Source of the DNA: Gemmatimonadales bacterium
GTDB lineage: Bacteria; Gemmatimonadota; Gemmatimonadetes; Gemmatimonadales; GWC2-71-9
Length of the DNA: 53,748 nt
Assembly (NCBI GenBank): GCA_039930845.1
Contig: JBDTTA010000002.1
Location: 1 to 53,748 of the forward strand
Direction: 5' to 3'
In this document: positions 24,046 through 35,197 of the stretch, piece by piece
Layout: every line of letters begins with the position of its first letter
How positions within the stretch are numbered: position 1 is the stretch's first letter
Translations under genes and position numbers: made by a program
The notes under the pieces: model-generated
Databases searched by the model: none
The model's input: the letters and a program-made list of their open reading frames with translations, nothing else
What the model was told of the DNA's origin: nothing

Positions 24046-25341
24046 ATGGCGGGAGTACTGATCAGCGAGCTGTCCGAGCACGCGGGCACGAGCGTCACGC
24101 TGCGCGGGTGGGTCGTCACCACCCGCTCGAGCGGAAAGATCGCCTTTGTAGTGCTGCGCGATGGATCGGGGCAGGTACAATGTGTCCTGTCGAGACGAGA
24201 GGTCGCCGAATCCGACTGGGAGGCGTTCGGGACGCTCACGCAGGAAACGAGCGTCGCAGTGACCGGCACGGTACGCGCCGAGCCGCGGTCGCCGGGCGGG
24301 TACGAGCTGAACGTAACCGGGCTCGGGGTGCTCGGGCCGAGCCCGGACTTTCCGATCACTCCTAAAGAGCATGGGACGTCGTACCTCTTCGAGCATAGAC
24401 ACCTGTGGCTCCGGAACCGGCGGCAGCTGGCCATTGCCAGGGTCCGGCACGAAGTGGTCCAGGCGATCCGGGACTTTTTCTACCAGGAGGGATTCACCCT
24501 GGTCGATACGCCGATCCTGACCGGGGCGATCGGAGAGGAGGCGGGGAATCTCTTCTCGACGGAATACTTCGATCTGGGCAAGGCGTACCTGGCGCAGACC
24601 GGCCAGCTCTACGTCGAGGCGGCGGCGGCCGCGCTGGGCCGGGTGTACTGCTTCGGCCCGACATTCCGGGCGGAAAAATCGAAGACCCGCCGCCATCTGA
24701 CCGAGTTCTGGATGGTGGAGCCCGAAGTGGCGTTCAACGATTCGAACGACAACATGCGCCTGCAGGAGTCGTTCGTGAGCTACATCGTGGCACGAGTGCT
24801 GGAGCGCCGCAAGGCGGAGCTGGCGGACCTCGAGCGCGAAACGACGACGCTCGAACGTGTCGTGGCGCCGTTCGGACGGATCTCGTACACCGACGCGGTG
24901 GCCCGATTAAACGCCCTCGGCTCCGACATCCAGTGGGGACACGATCTTGGCGGCGACGACGAGACGACGCTGGCCGGGGACTACGACCGGCCGGTGTTCG
25001 TGTACAACTATCCGAAGGAGGTCAAGGCGTTCTACATGAAGGAGAACCCCGACGACCCCCGCACCGTCCTCAACAACGACTGCCTGGCCTCCGAAGGTTA
25101 CGGAGAAATCATCGGCGGTTCGCAGCGCGAGGACGACTACGACAAGTTGCTGGCGCGCATCAACCAGCAGCACCTCGATCCCGAGGTCTACCGCTGGTAT
25201 CTCGATCTCCGCAAGTACGGGACCTTCGTGCATTCCGGCTTCGGACTCGGCGTCGAGCGGACGGTCGCGTGGATCTGCGGCCTGCCTCACATCAGGGAAG
25301 CAATCGCCTTCCCGCGGCAGATTCACCGGTTGTACCCGTAG
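24046..25341 (+). CDS. asnS: Asparagine--tRNA ligase
   Basis: Class IIb aaRS, 431 aa. N-terminal OB fold (VTLRGWVVTTRSSGKIAFVVLRDGSG), FRAEKSKTRRHLTEFWMVE (motif 2), GFGLGVERTVAW (motif 3). Confidence 0.9.
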   Translation: MAGVLISELSEHAGTSVTLRGWVVTTRSSGKIAFVVLRDGSGQVQCVLSRREVAESDWEAFGTLTQETSVAVTGTVRAEPRSPGGYELNVTGLGVLGPSPDFPITPKEHGTSYLFEHRHLWLRNRRQLAIARVRHEVVQAIRDFFYQEGFTLVDTPILTGAIGEEAGNLFSTEYFDLGKAYLAQTGQLYVEAAAAALGRVYCFGPTFRAEKSKTRRHLTEFWMVEPEVAFNDSNDNMRLQESFVSYIVARVLERRKAELADLERETTTLERVVAPFGRISYTDAVARLNALGSDIQWGHDLGGDDETTLAGDYDRPVFVYNYPKEVKAFYMKENPDDPRTVLNNDCLASEGYGEIIGGSQREDDYDKLLARINQQHLDPEVYRWYLDLRKYGTFVHSGFGLGVERTVAWICGLPHIREAIAFPRQIHRLYP

Positions 25342-26080
25342 CCAGCTTTACCTCCTCCCACAGCCCGTCCAGCACCTCGAGCCCGGCGCGCTCCACGTCG
25401 ATCCCACGGTCCCCCGCGAGTTGCTCCACTTTCTCGAATCGTTCCCGGAATTTTCGGTTCGCGCGGTCGAGCGCGAGCATCGGATCGGTGCCCGCCTTCC
25501 TCGCCAGATTGACGACGGCAAACAGCAGATCTCCGATCTCATTCTGGAGTGCCGGGCTCGCGGCGGCGCCCGGCGTCAGCTCGGTCTCCACTTCCGCCAG
25601 CTCCTCGTGAACCTTGGCGAGCGGCCCGTCCACGCTCGGCCAGTCGAAGCCGACGGACGCTGCGCGCTCCTGCAGCCGAACCGCCTTGAGCAATGAGGGA
25701 AGGGTCGGGACGATGCCCGACATCGTTCCGTCCCGCTCCCTGCGCTTGAGCCGCTCCCAGGATTCGACGTCACCGAGTCCGAAGAGATGCGGATGCCGGC
25801 GTCGCATCTTGGCCTCGAGCGAGTCGGCCACCTCACTGGAGGTGAAGTCGCCCGCCTCCTCGGCGATCACCATCTGAAAGGCGAGATGAAGGAGGAGGTC
25901 GCCGAGCTCGGACCGGATCGCGGACGTGTCGCCGGCGCCCAGTGCTTCGTCCAGCTCGAGCGCTTCCTCAACGAGGTACGGGCGCAGCGTTTCCCGGGTT
26001 TGCGCCTTGTCCCACGGGCAGCGGTCGCGCAGATCCCGCACCATCGCGAGAGCTCGCCCAAGCGCTGAATTGTCTTGCAT
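25292..26080 (-). CDS. mazG: Nucleoside triphosphate pyrophosphohydrolase MazG
   Basis: RCPWDKAQTRETLRPYLVEEALELDEAL and a second MazG repeat, ELAEVETEL...EIGDLLFAVVNLAR. The 3' end overlaps the asnS 3' end by 50 nt. Confidence 0.85.
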   Translation of the reverse strand: MQDNSALGRALAMVRDLRDRCPWDKAQTRETLRPYLVEEALELDEALGAGDTSAIRSELGDLLLHLAFQMVIAEEAGDFTSSEVADSLEAKMRRRHPHLFGLGDVESWERLKRRERDGTMSGIVPTLPSLLKAVRLQERAASVGFDWPSVDGPLAKVHEELAEVETELTPGAAASPALQNEIGDLLFAVVNLARKAGTDPMLALDRANRKFRERFEKVEQLAGDRGIDVERAGLEVLDGLWEEVKLATGTTGESAAGRRLLP

Positions 26081-26103
26081 TTACCTACCCCGCCGAATAA
26101 GAT
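26075..26103 (+). promoter_or_regulatory. Candidate sigma70-like promoter for alr: TTGCAT-N17-TAAGAT
   Basis: Read directly. The -35 box overlaps the mazG start codon on the other strand. Confidence 0.25.
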
Positions 26104-26113
26104 ACCTGCCGCC

Positions 26114-27214
26114 TTGACCACGCCCTTTACTCCCGAGACCACCCGCGCATGGGTGGACGTCGATCTGGCCGCATTGGCCGCGAACGCGCGCACGATTGCC
26201 GCCGTATCCGGACGGCCCCTGTTGCCGATGGTCAAAGCTAACGGCTACGGACTGGGTGCGATCGAAGTCGCAAAGGCACTCGATCCACTCGAGCCCTGGG
26301 GATTCGGTGTCGCGCTGGTGGAGGAGGGAGCGGGGCTTCGCTCCGCGGGAATTTCCCGGCCGATTCTCGTCGTCAGCCCACTGCTCGCAGGCGAGGTCGA
26401 CCGATACCTCGCGCACGATCTTCGGCCCTCCATCGGCGACCCCGTCGCCCTCACCGCCTGGACCTCTCGATCGGCTCGGCCCTTTCACATCGAAGTCGAC
26501 ACCGGGATGAGCCGCGCCGGGGTGCGCTGGGACGATCTTTCCGCGCTCACCGCCATGCGCGGATCGCTTGAGACCGCTCCCGGGTGGGAGGGCGTGTTTA
26601 CCCATTTCCACTCGGCGGAATCCGACACCGGTTCGGTGAGCGCCCAGTGGGATCGGCTCCAGGGCGTCGTGGCGGCCCTGCCTCGAAGGCCCAGTCTGGT
26701 GCACGCGGCCAATAGCGCGGCGGCGCTCCGGGGGAAGGTCTTTGCCGCCGATCTGATCCGGCCGGGCATCTTTCTCTACGGCGGCGAGGCCGGTGTCGTG
26801 ACGCCCAGGACGGTGGTCGTACTCCGGGCGCGGGTGGTAGCGCTGAGGACGGTGCGCGAGGGTGGGACGGTAAGCTACGGAGCCACCTGGCGCGCCCCGC
26901 GCGAATCGACCATCGCCACGCTGTCGCTCGGCTACGCCGACGGATTTCCCCGTGCCACGCGCGAGACTTCGAGTCCCTCGGACCGACCTCCGAGACTGGT
27001 CGAGGTCGGCGGCCACACCGCCGAGGTGGTCGGCCGGGTCACCATGGATCAGACGATGATCGCGACCGAGGGGCCCGTGAGCATTGGCGATGTGGCGACG
27101 GTATACGGCGGAATCGTCTCCCTCGACCAGCAGGCGCGAGCGGCGGGGACGATCTCCTACGAGCTCCTCACCGCGCTGGGCTCTCGGTTGCCCCGGTTGT
27201 ACTCCTCATCGTGA
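26114..27214 (+). CDS. alr: Alanine racemase
   Basis: PMVKANGYGLG (PLP lysine) and the WVDVDLAAL N-terminal region. The start is uncertain: TTG at 26114 is preferred. The longest ORF starts at the TTG at 26075, which would overlap the mazG start divergently. Confidence 0.85.
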   Translation: MTTPFTPETTRAWVDVDLAALAANARTIAAVSGRPLLPMVKANGYGLGAIEVAKALDPLEPWGFGVALVEEGAGLRSAGISRPILVVSPLLAGEVDRYLAHDLRPSIGDPVALTAWTSRSARPFHIEVDTGMSRAGVRWDDLSALTAMRGSLETAPGWEGVFTHFHSAESDTGSVSAQWDRLQGVVAALPRRPSLVHAANSAAALRGKVFAADLIRPGIFLYGGEAGVVTPRTVVVLRARVVALRTVREGGTVSYGATWRAPRESTIATLSLGYADGFPRATRETSSPSDRPPRLVEVGGHTAEVVGRVTMDQTMIATEGPVSIGDVATVYGGIVSLDQQARAAGTISYELLTALGSRLPRLYSSS

Positions 27215-27227
27215 TGGTGGCCTCCAC

Positions 27228-28397
27228 ATGACGCGTCGCGCGGCCATTATCGTGCTCGATGGGCTCGGCATCGGACCGGCGCATGACAGCGGTGTCTATG
27301 GCGACGGTGGCAGCAACACGCTCGGAAACGTCGCCATGGCGGTGGGCGGGCTCGATCTGCCCAACCTCTCCGCGCTCGGTCTCGGCAACTGCGCACCGGT
27401 GGCGGGTATCGGGCCTTCGACGGCGCCGCGCGCCGCCTACGGCGTCTGCGAGCCGTCGAGTCCGGGCAAGGACAGCACGACGGGCCACTGGGAAATCTGC
27501 GGCCTGATCCTGCCCGCTCCCTTTCCCACCTATCCCGAGGGCTTTCCGGTCGAGGTCATCGAGGAATTTTCACGGCGCACCGGACGTGGCGTGCTGGGCA
27601 ACCGCCCCGCTTCGGGAACGCAGATACTCGATGCACTGGGTGAAGAGCATCGGCGCACCGGGAAGTGGATCGTCTATACCTCGGCCGACAGCGTGTTCCA
27701 GGTGGCGGCGCACGTGGAAACGATACCGCTGGCCGAGCTGTACGCCGCCTGCCGGTCTGCGCGTGAGTTGTTGCAGGGGCGGCACGGGGTCTCCCGCATC
27801 ATCGCGCGGCCGTTCGCGGGCCATCCCGGCGCCTGGGTGCGGACCGCCGACCGCAAGGACTTCAGCCTTCCGCCTCCGGGCCCTACGCTGCTCGACCGCC
27901 TCGCCGAGAAGCATGTGCCTCGAGTGGGTGTCGGCAAGGTGGACGACCTCTTTGCCGGCCGGGGGATCACGAGTATTCACACCGCGACCAACGCCGAGGC
28001 CTATGGCTTGATCGAGGGGGCGATGGCCTCCATGCACCGGGGCCTTCTCCTGGCGAATGTCATCGAGTTCGATCAGACGTGGGGACACCGAAACGATGTC
28101 GCCGGGTTTCACAGGGGCCTGGCGGAGCTCGACCGCGCCATCCCCCGGCTGCTCGCGGGGGTGCACAAGGAGGACCTCGTTATCTTTACCGCCGATCACG
28201 GCAACGACCCTACCACCCCGTCCACCGATCACTCGCGCGAGGTCGTGCCCATGCTCGTCGTTGGCCCGAGCGTCCGGCCGGTGCCGCTGGGGAGACGAGC
28301 CTCCTTCGCCGACATGGGCCAGACGGTGGCGGAGTTTCTCGGTGTGTCCGCGCTGCCGGCCGGCATCTCGTTTCTATCCGAGGTATGGAGTGATTGA
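27228..28397 (+). CDS. deoB: Phosphopentomutase
   Basis: IIVLDGLGIG N-terminus and FTADHGNDPTTPSTDHSRE metal-binding motifs. 389 aa. Confidence 0.85.
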   Translation: MTRRAAIIVLDGLGIGPAHDSGVYGDGGSNTLGNVAMAVGGLDLPNLSALGLGNCAPVAGIGPSTAPRAAYGVCEPSSPGKDSTTGHWEICGLILPAPFPTYPEGFPVEVIEEFSRRTGRGVLGNRPASGTQILDALGEEHRRTGKWIVYTSADSVFQVAAHVETIPLAELYAACRSARELLQGRHGVSRIIARPFAGHPGAWVRTADRKDFSLPPPGPTLLDRLAEKHVPRVGVGKVDDLFAGRGITSIHTATNAEAYGLIEGAMASMHRGLLLANVIEFDQTWGHRNDVAGFHRGLAELDRAIPRLLAGVHKEDLVIFTADHGNDPTTPSTDHSREVVPMLVVGPSVRPVPLGRRASFADMGQTVAEFLGVSALPAGISFLSEVWSD

Positions 28398-28776
28398 TCC
28401 TCTCGTCGCCGCGGCGCAGGCCGTACAGCGCCGGGCCTACGCCCCCTACTCGAATTTCCAGGTGGGCTGCGCTCTCGAAGCCGAGGACGGCGCGATCTAC
28501 GTTGGCTGCAATGTGGAGAATGCCTCATACGGACTTACGATCTGCGCCGAGCGGGCCGCCATCTGTGCCGCGGTCAGCGCCGGCGCGCATCGGTTTCGGC
28601 GCGCGGTGGTGGTCTCCGACGTCGATCCGCCGGCCGCGCCCTGCGGCGCCTGCCGCCAGATGCTCGCGGAATTCGGACCGGGGCTGCGGGTCGACGGCGT
28701 CGGGCCTTCGCGGTCGGTATCGTGGACGGTGGCGGAGCTGTTGCCTTCGGCTTTCGGCAAAGAGCAGCTTTCGTGA
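28390..28776 (+). CDS. cdd: Cytidine deaminase
   Basis: CAERAAI and PCGACRQ zinc-binding motifs. GTG start overlaps the deoB end. Confidence 0.85.
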   Translation: MIDPLVAAAQAVQRRAYAPYSNFQVGCALEAEDGAIYVGCNVENASYGLTICAERAAICAAVSAGAHRFRRAVVVSDVDPPAAPCGACRQMLAEFGPGLRVDGVGPSRSVSWTVAELLPSAFGKEQLS

Positions 28777-29996
28777 GCCGGGGGTTGCGCTGGGCCGCGG
28801 GAGTCGCGGCCATCGCGGCGGGAGCGCTTGCGTGCCAGGAGCATCTCACCTCGCCCGGGCAGTGCCCCGAGCTCTGCCCCGGAGGCACGCCCGTCGTGTA
28901 CGACACCGTGCTGAGTGTGCGTCAGGACGGAGATGAGAGCGTGCAGGGGTACGTCGCCCGCGGCGGCGGCGTCGCGCTGCTCACCTCGAACGGTCTGCCC
29001 GCATCCGAAGACCGCGCCATCTATCGGTTTGGCTCCAGGCTCGATTCCATTTCCGTGCGCGACACGGCACGCGCCTATGCCGTCGATTCCGTGGTGCTCG
29101 GCGTCAACGTCGTGGCGCGCGATACGCTGGTCGGCGGGCTCAAGATCTACCTGTATCGACTCCCTGCCGATCTCCTCCCCGATACCGCGACGTTTGCGGG
29201 CGTCGATCCCCAGTTGGTCGAGGCGGCGCTGATCGACAGCATCGCCGTGCCCGATTCCGTCCACTCGGGACAGGTCAGCACGGTACTTCGAGGGACGGAC
29301 GTCGATCGCGTCGCGATTCCCGCAGGCACGGGGGGCGTGCTTTCGATCGGGCTCAAGATCGTCGCTGCCAGCCCGACCGGCATTCGCGTCGGCTCGCTCG
29401 CCGGGGGCAACGCCGCCACGTTCACGACCTACGTGACCGTCGACGTGCCCGACACGGCAACGGCGATCCTCCACCAGTCGTTGCAGCGCGGTGCGCAGGC
29501 GAACAGCTTCGTCACCCAGACTCCGTACGCGGCGCAACCCGGCACGCTGCTGATCGGGGGCGAGCCCTCCTCGCGCACCTTCATCAGATTTGATCTTCCG
29601 CCTCGCATCAAGGACTCCGCGTCGGTCGTCCGGGCCACGCTGGAGATGGTGCTGGTCTCGCCGGTGCCCGGCCTGGCCAACGATCCCGCGGTACTCGAGG
29701 CGCTGGCTGTCCTCTCCGATCTTGGCCCCAAGTCCCCGCTCACCGGCGATGCGCAGTTCGTCTCGCAGGACACGCTGGCCACGGGATTCTCGGACACGGT
29801 GAGGATCGACGTCACCAAAATGGTGCAGCTCTGGCAGACGTCCTCCGAGCGACCCGAGGAAATCGCGCTGCGGGTGAGGCCGGAAGGCGCCACGTTCACC
29901 CGGCTGCGCTTCGGCTCGACCAACGCGCTTTCACCGGTGGGCGCGCCGAAACTCCACGTCACCTACCTCCTTTCCTTCCCCTTCGAGAGTCCCTGA
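28773..29996 (+). CDS. Hypothetical lipoprotein (407 aa)
   Basis: GTGA overlap with cdd. N-terminus VSRGLRWAAGVAAIAAGALAC (lipobox-like). No recognisable catalytic motif. Confidence 0.45.
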   Translation: MSRGLRWAAGVAAIAAGALACQEHLTSPGQCPELCPGGTPVVYDTVLSVRQDGDESVQGYVARGGGVALLTSNGLPASEDRAIYRFGSRLDSISVRDTARAYAVDSVVLGVNVVARDTLVGGLKIYLYRLPADLLPDTATFAGVDPQLVEAALIDSIAVPDSVHSGQVSTVLRGTDVDRVAIPAGTGGVLSIGLKIVAASPTGIRVGSLAGGNAATFTTYVTVDVPDTATAILHQSLQRGAQANSFVTQTPYAAQPGTLLIGGEPSSRTFIRFDLPPRIKDSASVVRATLEMVLVSPVPGLANDPAVLEALAVLSDLGPKSPLTGDAQFVSQDTLATGFSDTVRIDVTKMVQLWQTSSERPEEIALRVRPEGATFTRLRFGSTNALSPVGAPKLHVTYLLSFPFESP

Positions 29997-31133
29997 GTGC
30001 GTCGAGCTCTGATCGCCTCGCTCTGCACCCTGGTGCCCGCGGTTGTGGCGGCCCAGTCTTCCCAGTTCGGCGTGCGCGGTCTGGGGAATCCGGGCCGGAT
30101 GCTCTCGGCGCACGCGGTCGCCAGCGGGGGGGCCTTCGGCATGTTCGATCCGGAGTCGAGCGTCAATCCGGCCGCGCTCTCGGCGTTGACAGCACTCACG
30201 GCGACATTCACCGGATTGCAGGACTACCGGCATGTCGAGAATCCGGCCGGTGCCGAATCGGTGCGAGAGAGCCGCTTCCCGCAGCTCGGCGTGTCCGGTC
30301 CGCTCAAGAAGATCCCGCTCGCACTCGGCGTCAGCTTCTCCAACTATACGAGCCGCGACTTCACGCTCACCAGCGGCGATACGATCGCGTTGCGTGGCGT
30401 GGCCGTGCCGGTCAGCGACACGTTCTCATCGCGCGGCGGCATGAGCGACCTGCGGTTTGCGGGATCGTACAAGCTTCACGACAAGTGGGCGTTCGGTGGA
30501 GCGCTTCACCTCCTCACGGGGTCCAACCGCATCACGTCGGTCCGGGCCTTCGCGGACTCCAGCTTTCAGCCGGCCTCGCAGAGCGCGGAAATCTCCTATG
30601 CCGGCGTGGGCGTCGAAGTGGGAGTGGTTCGGACATTGGGTCCCAATTTCTCCCTGGCCGCCTCGGCGAGGTCGGATGGCCACGCCATCGTCGACCGGGA
30701 CTCCACCCGGGTGGCCCAGGTTGATCTCCCGTATACCTTCGGCGTCGGCGTCAGATGGCGGCCCACAGCGGCCCTTGACCTGGCGAGCAGCCTGCTCTAC
30801 CGGACCTGGTCGGGCGCCAACAGCGACCTGCTCGCGCAGGGCGGCACCGGTGCCGAGAACAGCGTGCAGGTCGCGCTGGGCGGGGAGTTCATTCCCGATG
30901 TGCGACGTCCCAACCGGCGCCCCATCCGGTTCGGCGTTCGCTACGGCACGCTTCCGTTTCCGCTCGTCCCCGGCGATCAGCCCACCGAGTTTGGCGTCTC
31001 GCTTGGCAGCGGGATGCGTTTCGCCCAGCAGCGTGCGGCCATCGACCTGGGTCTGGAGCACGTCTGGCGGTCAGCGGGCGCGTATTCGGAGCGGGCCTTC
31101 GTGGTCACGCTGGGTGTGGCCGTGAGACCGTAA
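29997..31133 (+). CDS. Predicted outer-membrane beta-barrel protein (FadL/PorV-like appearance)
   Basis: Signal peptide MRRALIASLCTLVPAVVAAQ, alternating beta-strand pattern, and a G/S/A-rich N-terminal SGGAFGMFDPESSVNPAAL reminiscent of FadL-type barrels. Confidence 0.45.
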   Translation: MRRALIASLCTLVPAVVAAQSSQFGVRGLGNPGRMLSAHAVASGGAFGMFDPESSVNPAALSALTALTATFTGLQDYRHVENPAGAESVRESRFPQLGVSGPLKKIPLALGVSFSNYTSRDFTLTSGDTIALRGVAVPVSDTFSSRGGMSDLRFAGSYKLHDKWAFGGALHLLTGSNRITSVRAFADSSFQPASQSAEISYAGVGVEVGVVRTLGPNFSLAASARSDGHAIVDRDSTRVAQVDLPYTFGVGVRWRPTAALDLASSLLYRTWSGANSDLLAQGGTGAENSVQVALGGEFIPDVRRPNRRPIRFGVRYGTLPFPLVPGDQPTEFGVSLGSGMRFAQQRAAIDLGLEHVWRSAGAYSERAFVVTLGVAVRP

Positions 31134-31138
31134 AGAGC

Positions 31139-31277
31139 GGGGAAGGGGGAACGGGGAAAAGAAGTCGACATGTGGGAATGGGGGACGGTGAAGGGACGCG
31201 GGAACGCGATCTCCCATTTACATTTCCCCATTATCCGTTCCCGTTCCCCGTTCTCAGTTTCCTATCCCCCTTTTCCC
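31139..31277. repeat. Intergenic purine-tract / pyrimidine-tract imperfect inverted repeat (GGGGAA and GGGAACG units followed by their complements)
   Basis: Nested complementary pairs: 31150-31158 aacggggaa with 31244-31252 ttccccgtt; 31200-31206 gggaacg with 31236-31242 cgttccc; 31140-31149 with 31266-31277. Confidence 0.5.
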
Positions 31278-31284
31278 TGCTGCC

Positions 31285-32594
<1,310 letters not shown>

Positions 32595-32598
<4 letters not shown>

Positions 32599-32882
32599 TT
32601 CGAAACCTTGCCGAAGACCACGTGATTGCGGCCTACGACTCGTTGCTGGCCCATTTCCCGGAGTTCTGCGGCTGCGAGGTGTGCAAGGACGACGTCATGG
32701 TGTTCACGCTCAATCGCGTGCAGCCGCGGTATGTCTCGGGACGCACCGGCTCCGTCGTCACCGAGGTCAGCCTGGAAAAGGAGCAGAGCCGCGCACCCAT
32801 CGACGTCGCCATGATGGAGGCGCTCAGGCGCATTTCGGTCACCCCTCGCTGCGGCGGCAAGGGAAGAGCAACGCAGCCGTAG
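32595..32882 (+). CDS. comFB: ComFB-family (late competence development protein) small protein
   Basis: FPEFCGCEVCKDDVMVFTLNRVQPRYV matches the CxCxxCxxDv..LN..PrY ComFB signature. 95 aa. GTGA overlap with miaB. Confidence 0.65.
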
Positions 32883-32898
32883 GCGCTGCGGTGGGCCG

Positions 32899-35142
32899 GT
32901 GAAGCCACGGCCCGCCATTCTGCTGACGCTTGCCTACGGGGCCGGTCTCGCGACCGGCCTCTTGCGTATCGGTGAACCACTCGGCGCGGCCGTGCTGCTC
33001 TCCGTGGCTCCATTGGCGGGCCAGGGCCTCCCCGCCGTGTTCGTCACCGGTGCCATGCTGGGCCGCGTGAGCGGCGAGCTGGCATGGCTGGCGGAGCGGT
33101 CCCGCTGCGCGTCACGGCTTCCGGAGGGAAGCGGCAGGATCCGGCTTCGGCTCGTCGAGCCCGCCGCTGCCGATGGTGGACGCGTGGAAGTCCAACCGCT
33201 CGGTGCGCCATGTTGGGGGGAAGTGTCGGCGTCGTGGCCGCGGCGTCACCCGCTCGCCGCGGGACTCGAAGTGACGGCCGACGCCCGCTGGATTCCGAGA
33301 CCGGGTGTCGCGGGCCGACCCGGAGGGACGCTCGCGGTCACCTCCATCGGGACGCCCGCCGGCGTGCCGTCCATCGAGGCGCGTCTCCGGACGGCCCTCG
33401 CCGCGGCGAGCCTCTCGCTCTACGGTGCGAGGGCGCCGCTGGTGAACGCGCTCATTCTCGGGCGGCGCGGCGGCATCGATCCCGTGCTCCAGCAGCGCTT
33501 CGCCGACGCCGGCCTCGTCCATCTGCTGTCGATCTCAGGCTTCCACGTCGGGCTGATCGGCGCGTGGGTGCTGCTCATCGCGCGATCATTGCGCGCCGGC
33601 AGGTCTCAGGCGCTCGTGATCGCCGCGGGCGCCAGTGCCGCCTACGTCGCGTTCCTCGGCTGGCCCGCTCCGGCGACCCGGGCCGCGGCGCTTGCCGCCA
33701 TTGCGGCGCTCTGTCGCATTCGCCAGCGGCACGTCCATGCCGATTCGGTGCTCGCGGCCACCTGTCTCATTGTGCTGCTCGTCGATCCCTGGGCCATCCT
33801 CGACCTCGGCGGCTGGCTCTCCGCTGCCGCGCTCTGGGGCGCGTCCCGTTTCAGCCGATGGTCCGATGCGGCGCTCGGCGCCAGCTTCGGTTGGCGAACG
33901 CTCGGAAGCTCGTTGGGCGCCACGCTCGCGACCGCGCCAATCACCGCGGCGGCGCTCGGCACCGTCGCGCTCGCGGGGCTCGCGCTCAATTTTGTGGCGA
34001 TTCCCATTGCGGCGCTGGCGGTCCCCGGCGTACTGGCCAGTCTCCTGCTCTATCCGGTGTCGCTGGTGGCCGCCCGCGCATTCGCGGCCGGCGCTGGCTT
34101 CGCGCTCCATCTTCTCGAGCTGGCCGCCATGGCCGGCGCGGCGATCCCGGGTGGGCACTCGGCCGTCGACCCGTGGAATCCCGTCGCCGTCCTCCCGTGG
34201 GTACTGGCGCTGGGCCTCGGTCTCTGGGTGATGGCCCTGCGGAATACCGTTGTCGAAGCGGGACGGCGGTTCGGCTGGGTCTTGGCGGCGGGGCTCTGGG
34301 CGGCGCTGCTTCCGGGCGCACTACACGGGTCGGCTGCCAGTGGTGGGGGCCTCGCGTTACATTTTCTCGACGTCGGACAGGGCGACGCGGCGGTACTCCG
34401 CACGCCGGCAGGGCACTGGATCGTCGTCGATGCCGGCCCCGCCGGCGACCGGGGCGATGCCGGCCGCCGGGTGGTGGCGCCCTTTCTCGCCCGCCAGGGC
34501 GTCCGGAATCTGGACCTCGTCGTCGTCTCCCATGAACACGCCGACCATCTGGGTGGGGTGCCGGCGGTGCTCGACCGCTTCCCAGCGGGCCTGGTGCTCG
34601 AGCCGGGCGACCTGGTGCCCGACCCTCGCTACCGCGCCTTTCTCTCGGAGTTGCAGGAGAAAGGAATCGCCTGGCACCCTGGGCGCGCCGGCGAGCGCTT
34701 TACCCTGGATGGCGTCACCTTCACGGTATTGCACCCGTCGCCCGCCTGGGCGGGGTGGGGAGAGGACGTCAACGAGGACTCCCTGGTGCTCCTCGTCGAG
34801 TACGGCGCCTTTCAGGCCCTCCTCGCCGGTGACGCCGGGTTTCCCGCCGAGTCGGCGATGGCGGGGACGCTCCGCGCGGTGGACGTGCTCAAGGTCGGGC
34901 ATCACGGAAGCCGCGGCAGCACGGGTGATGCATGGCTCGACGCGCTGCGCCCCAGGGCGGCCATCATCTCGGTCGGTCGAAACGATTACGGCCACCCGTC
35001 GCCGCCGACGCTCGCCCGGCTCTCCAGACATCGGATCGACGTTCTGAGGACCGATATCGAGGGCACGATCAGCATTACGACGGACGGCGAGCGGATGACG
35101 ATTCGGTCCCGCGGCCGGACGACGTCCTGGGACGTTCGCTGA
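32899..35142 (+). CDS. comEC: DNA internalization-related competence protein ComEC/Rec2
   Basis: Polytopic competence domain ([14 protein letters not shown]) plus a C-terminal metallo-beta-lactamase domain ([32 protein letters not shown]). Confidence 0.85.
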   Translation: MKPRPAILLTLAYGAGLATGLLRIGEPLGAAVLLSVAPLAGQGLPAVFVTGAMLGRVSGELAWLAERSRCASRLPEGSGRIRLRLVEPAAADGGRVEVQPLGAPCWGEVSASWPRRHPLAAGLEVTADARWIPRPGVAGRPGGTLAVTSIGTPAGVPSIEARLRTALAAASLSLYGARAPLVNALILGRRGGIDPVLQQRFADAGLVHLLSISGFHVGLIGAWVLLIARSLRAGRSQALVIAAGASAAYVAFLGWPAPATRAAALAAIAALCRIRQRHVHADSVLAATCLIVLLVDPWAILDLGGWLSAAALWGASRFSRWSDAALGASFGWRTLGSSLGATLATAPITAAALGTVALAGLALNFVAIPIAALAVPGVLASLLLYPVSLVAARAFAAGAGFALHLLELAAMAGAAIPGGHSAVDPWNPVAVLPWVLALGLGLWVMALRNTVVEAGRRFGWVLAAGLWAALLPGALHGSAASGGGLALHFLDVGQGDAAVLRTPAGHWIVVDAGPAGDRGDAGRRVVAPFLARQGVRNLDLVVVSHEHADHLGGVPAVLDRFPAGLVLEPGDLVPDPRYRAFLSELQEKGIAWHPGRAGERFTLDGVTFTVLHPSPAWAGWGEDVNEDSLVLLVEYGAFQALLAGDAGFPAESAMAGTLRAVDVLKVGHHGSRGSTGDAWLDALRPRAAIISVGRNDYGHPSPPTLARLSRHRIDVLRTDIEGTISITTDGERMTIRSRGRTTSWDVR

Positions 35143-35197
35143 CGGCACTCGATTGGTTCGACTCGTTCGACGCCTTTTCTCACCTCCCGGGGGATTC

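Noticed and set aside
24022-24696. N-terminal 225 codons of the 580-aa minus-strand ORF (22954-24696)
   Set aside because: This part is antisense to the well-supported asnS and has no propeller repeats. An in-frame GTG at 24021 gives a clean lipoprotein signal peptide, so the gene is shortened.
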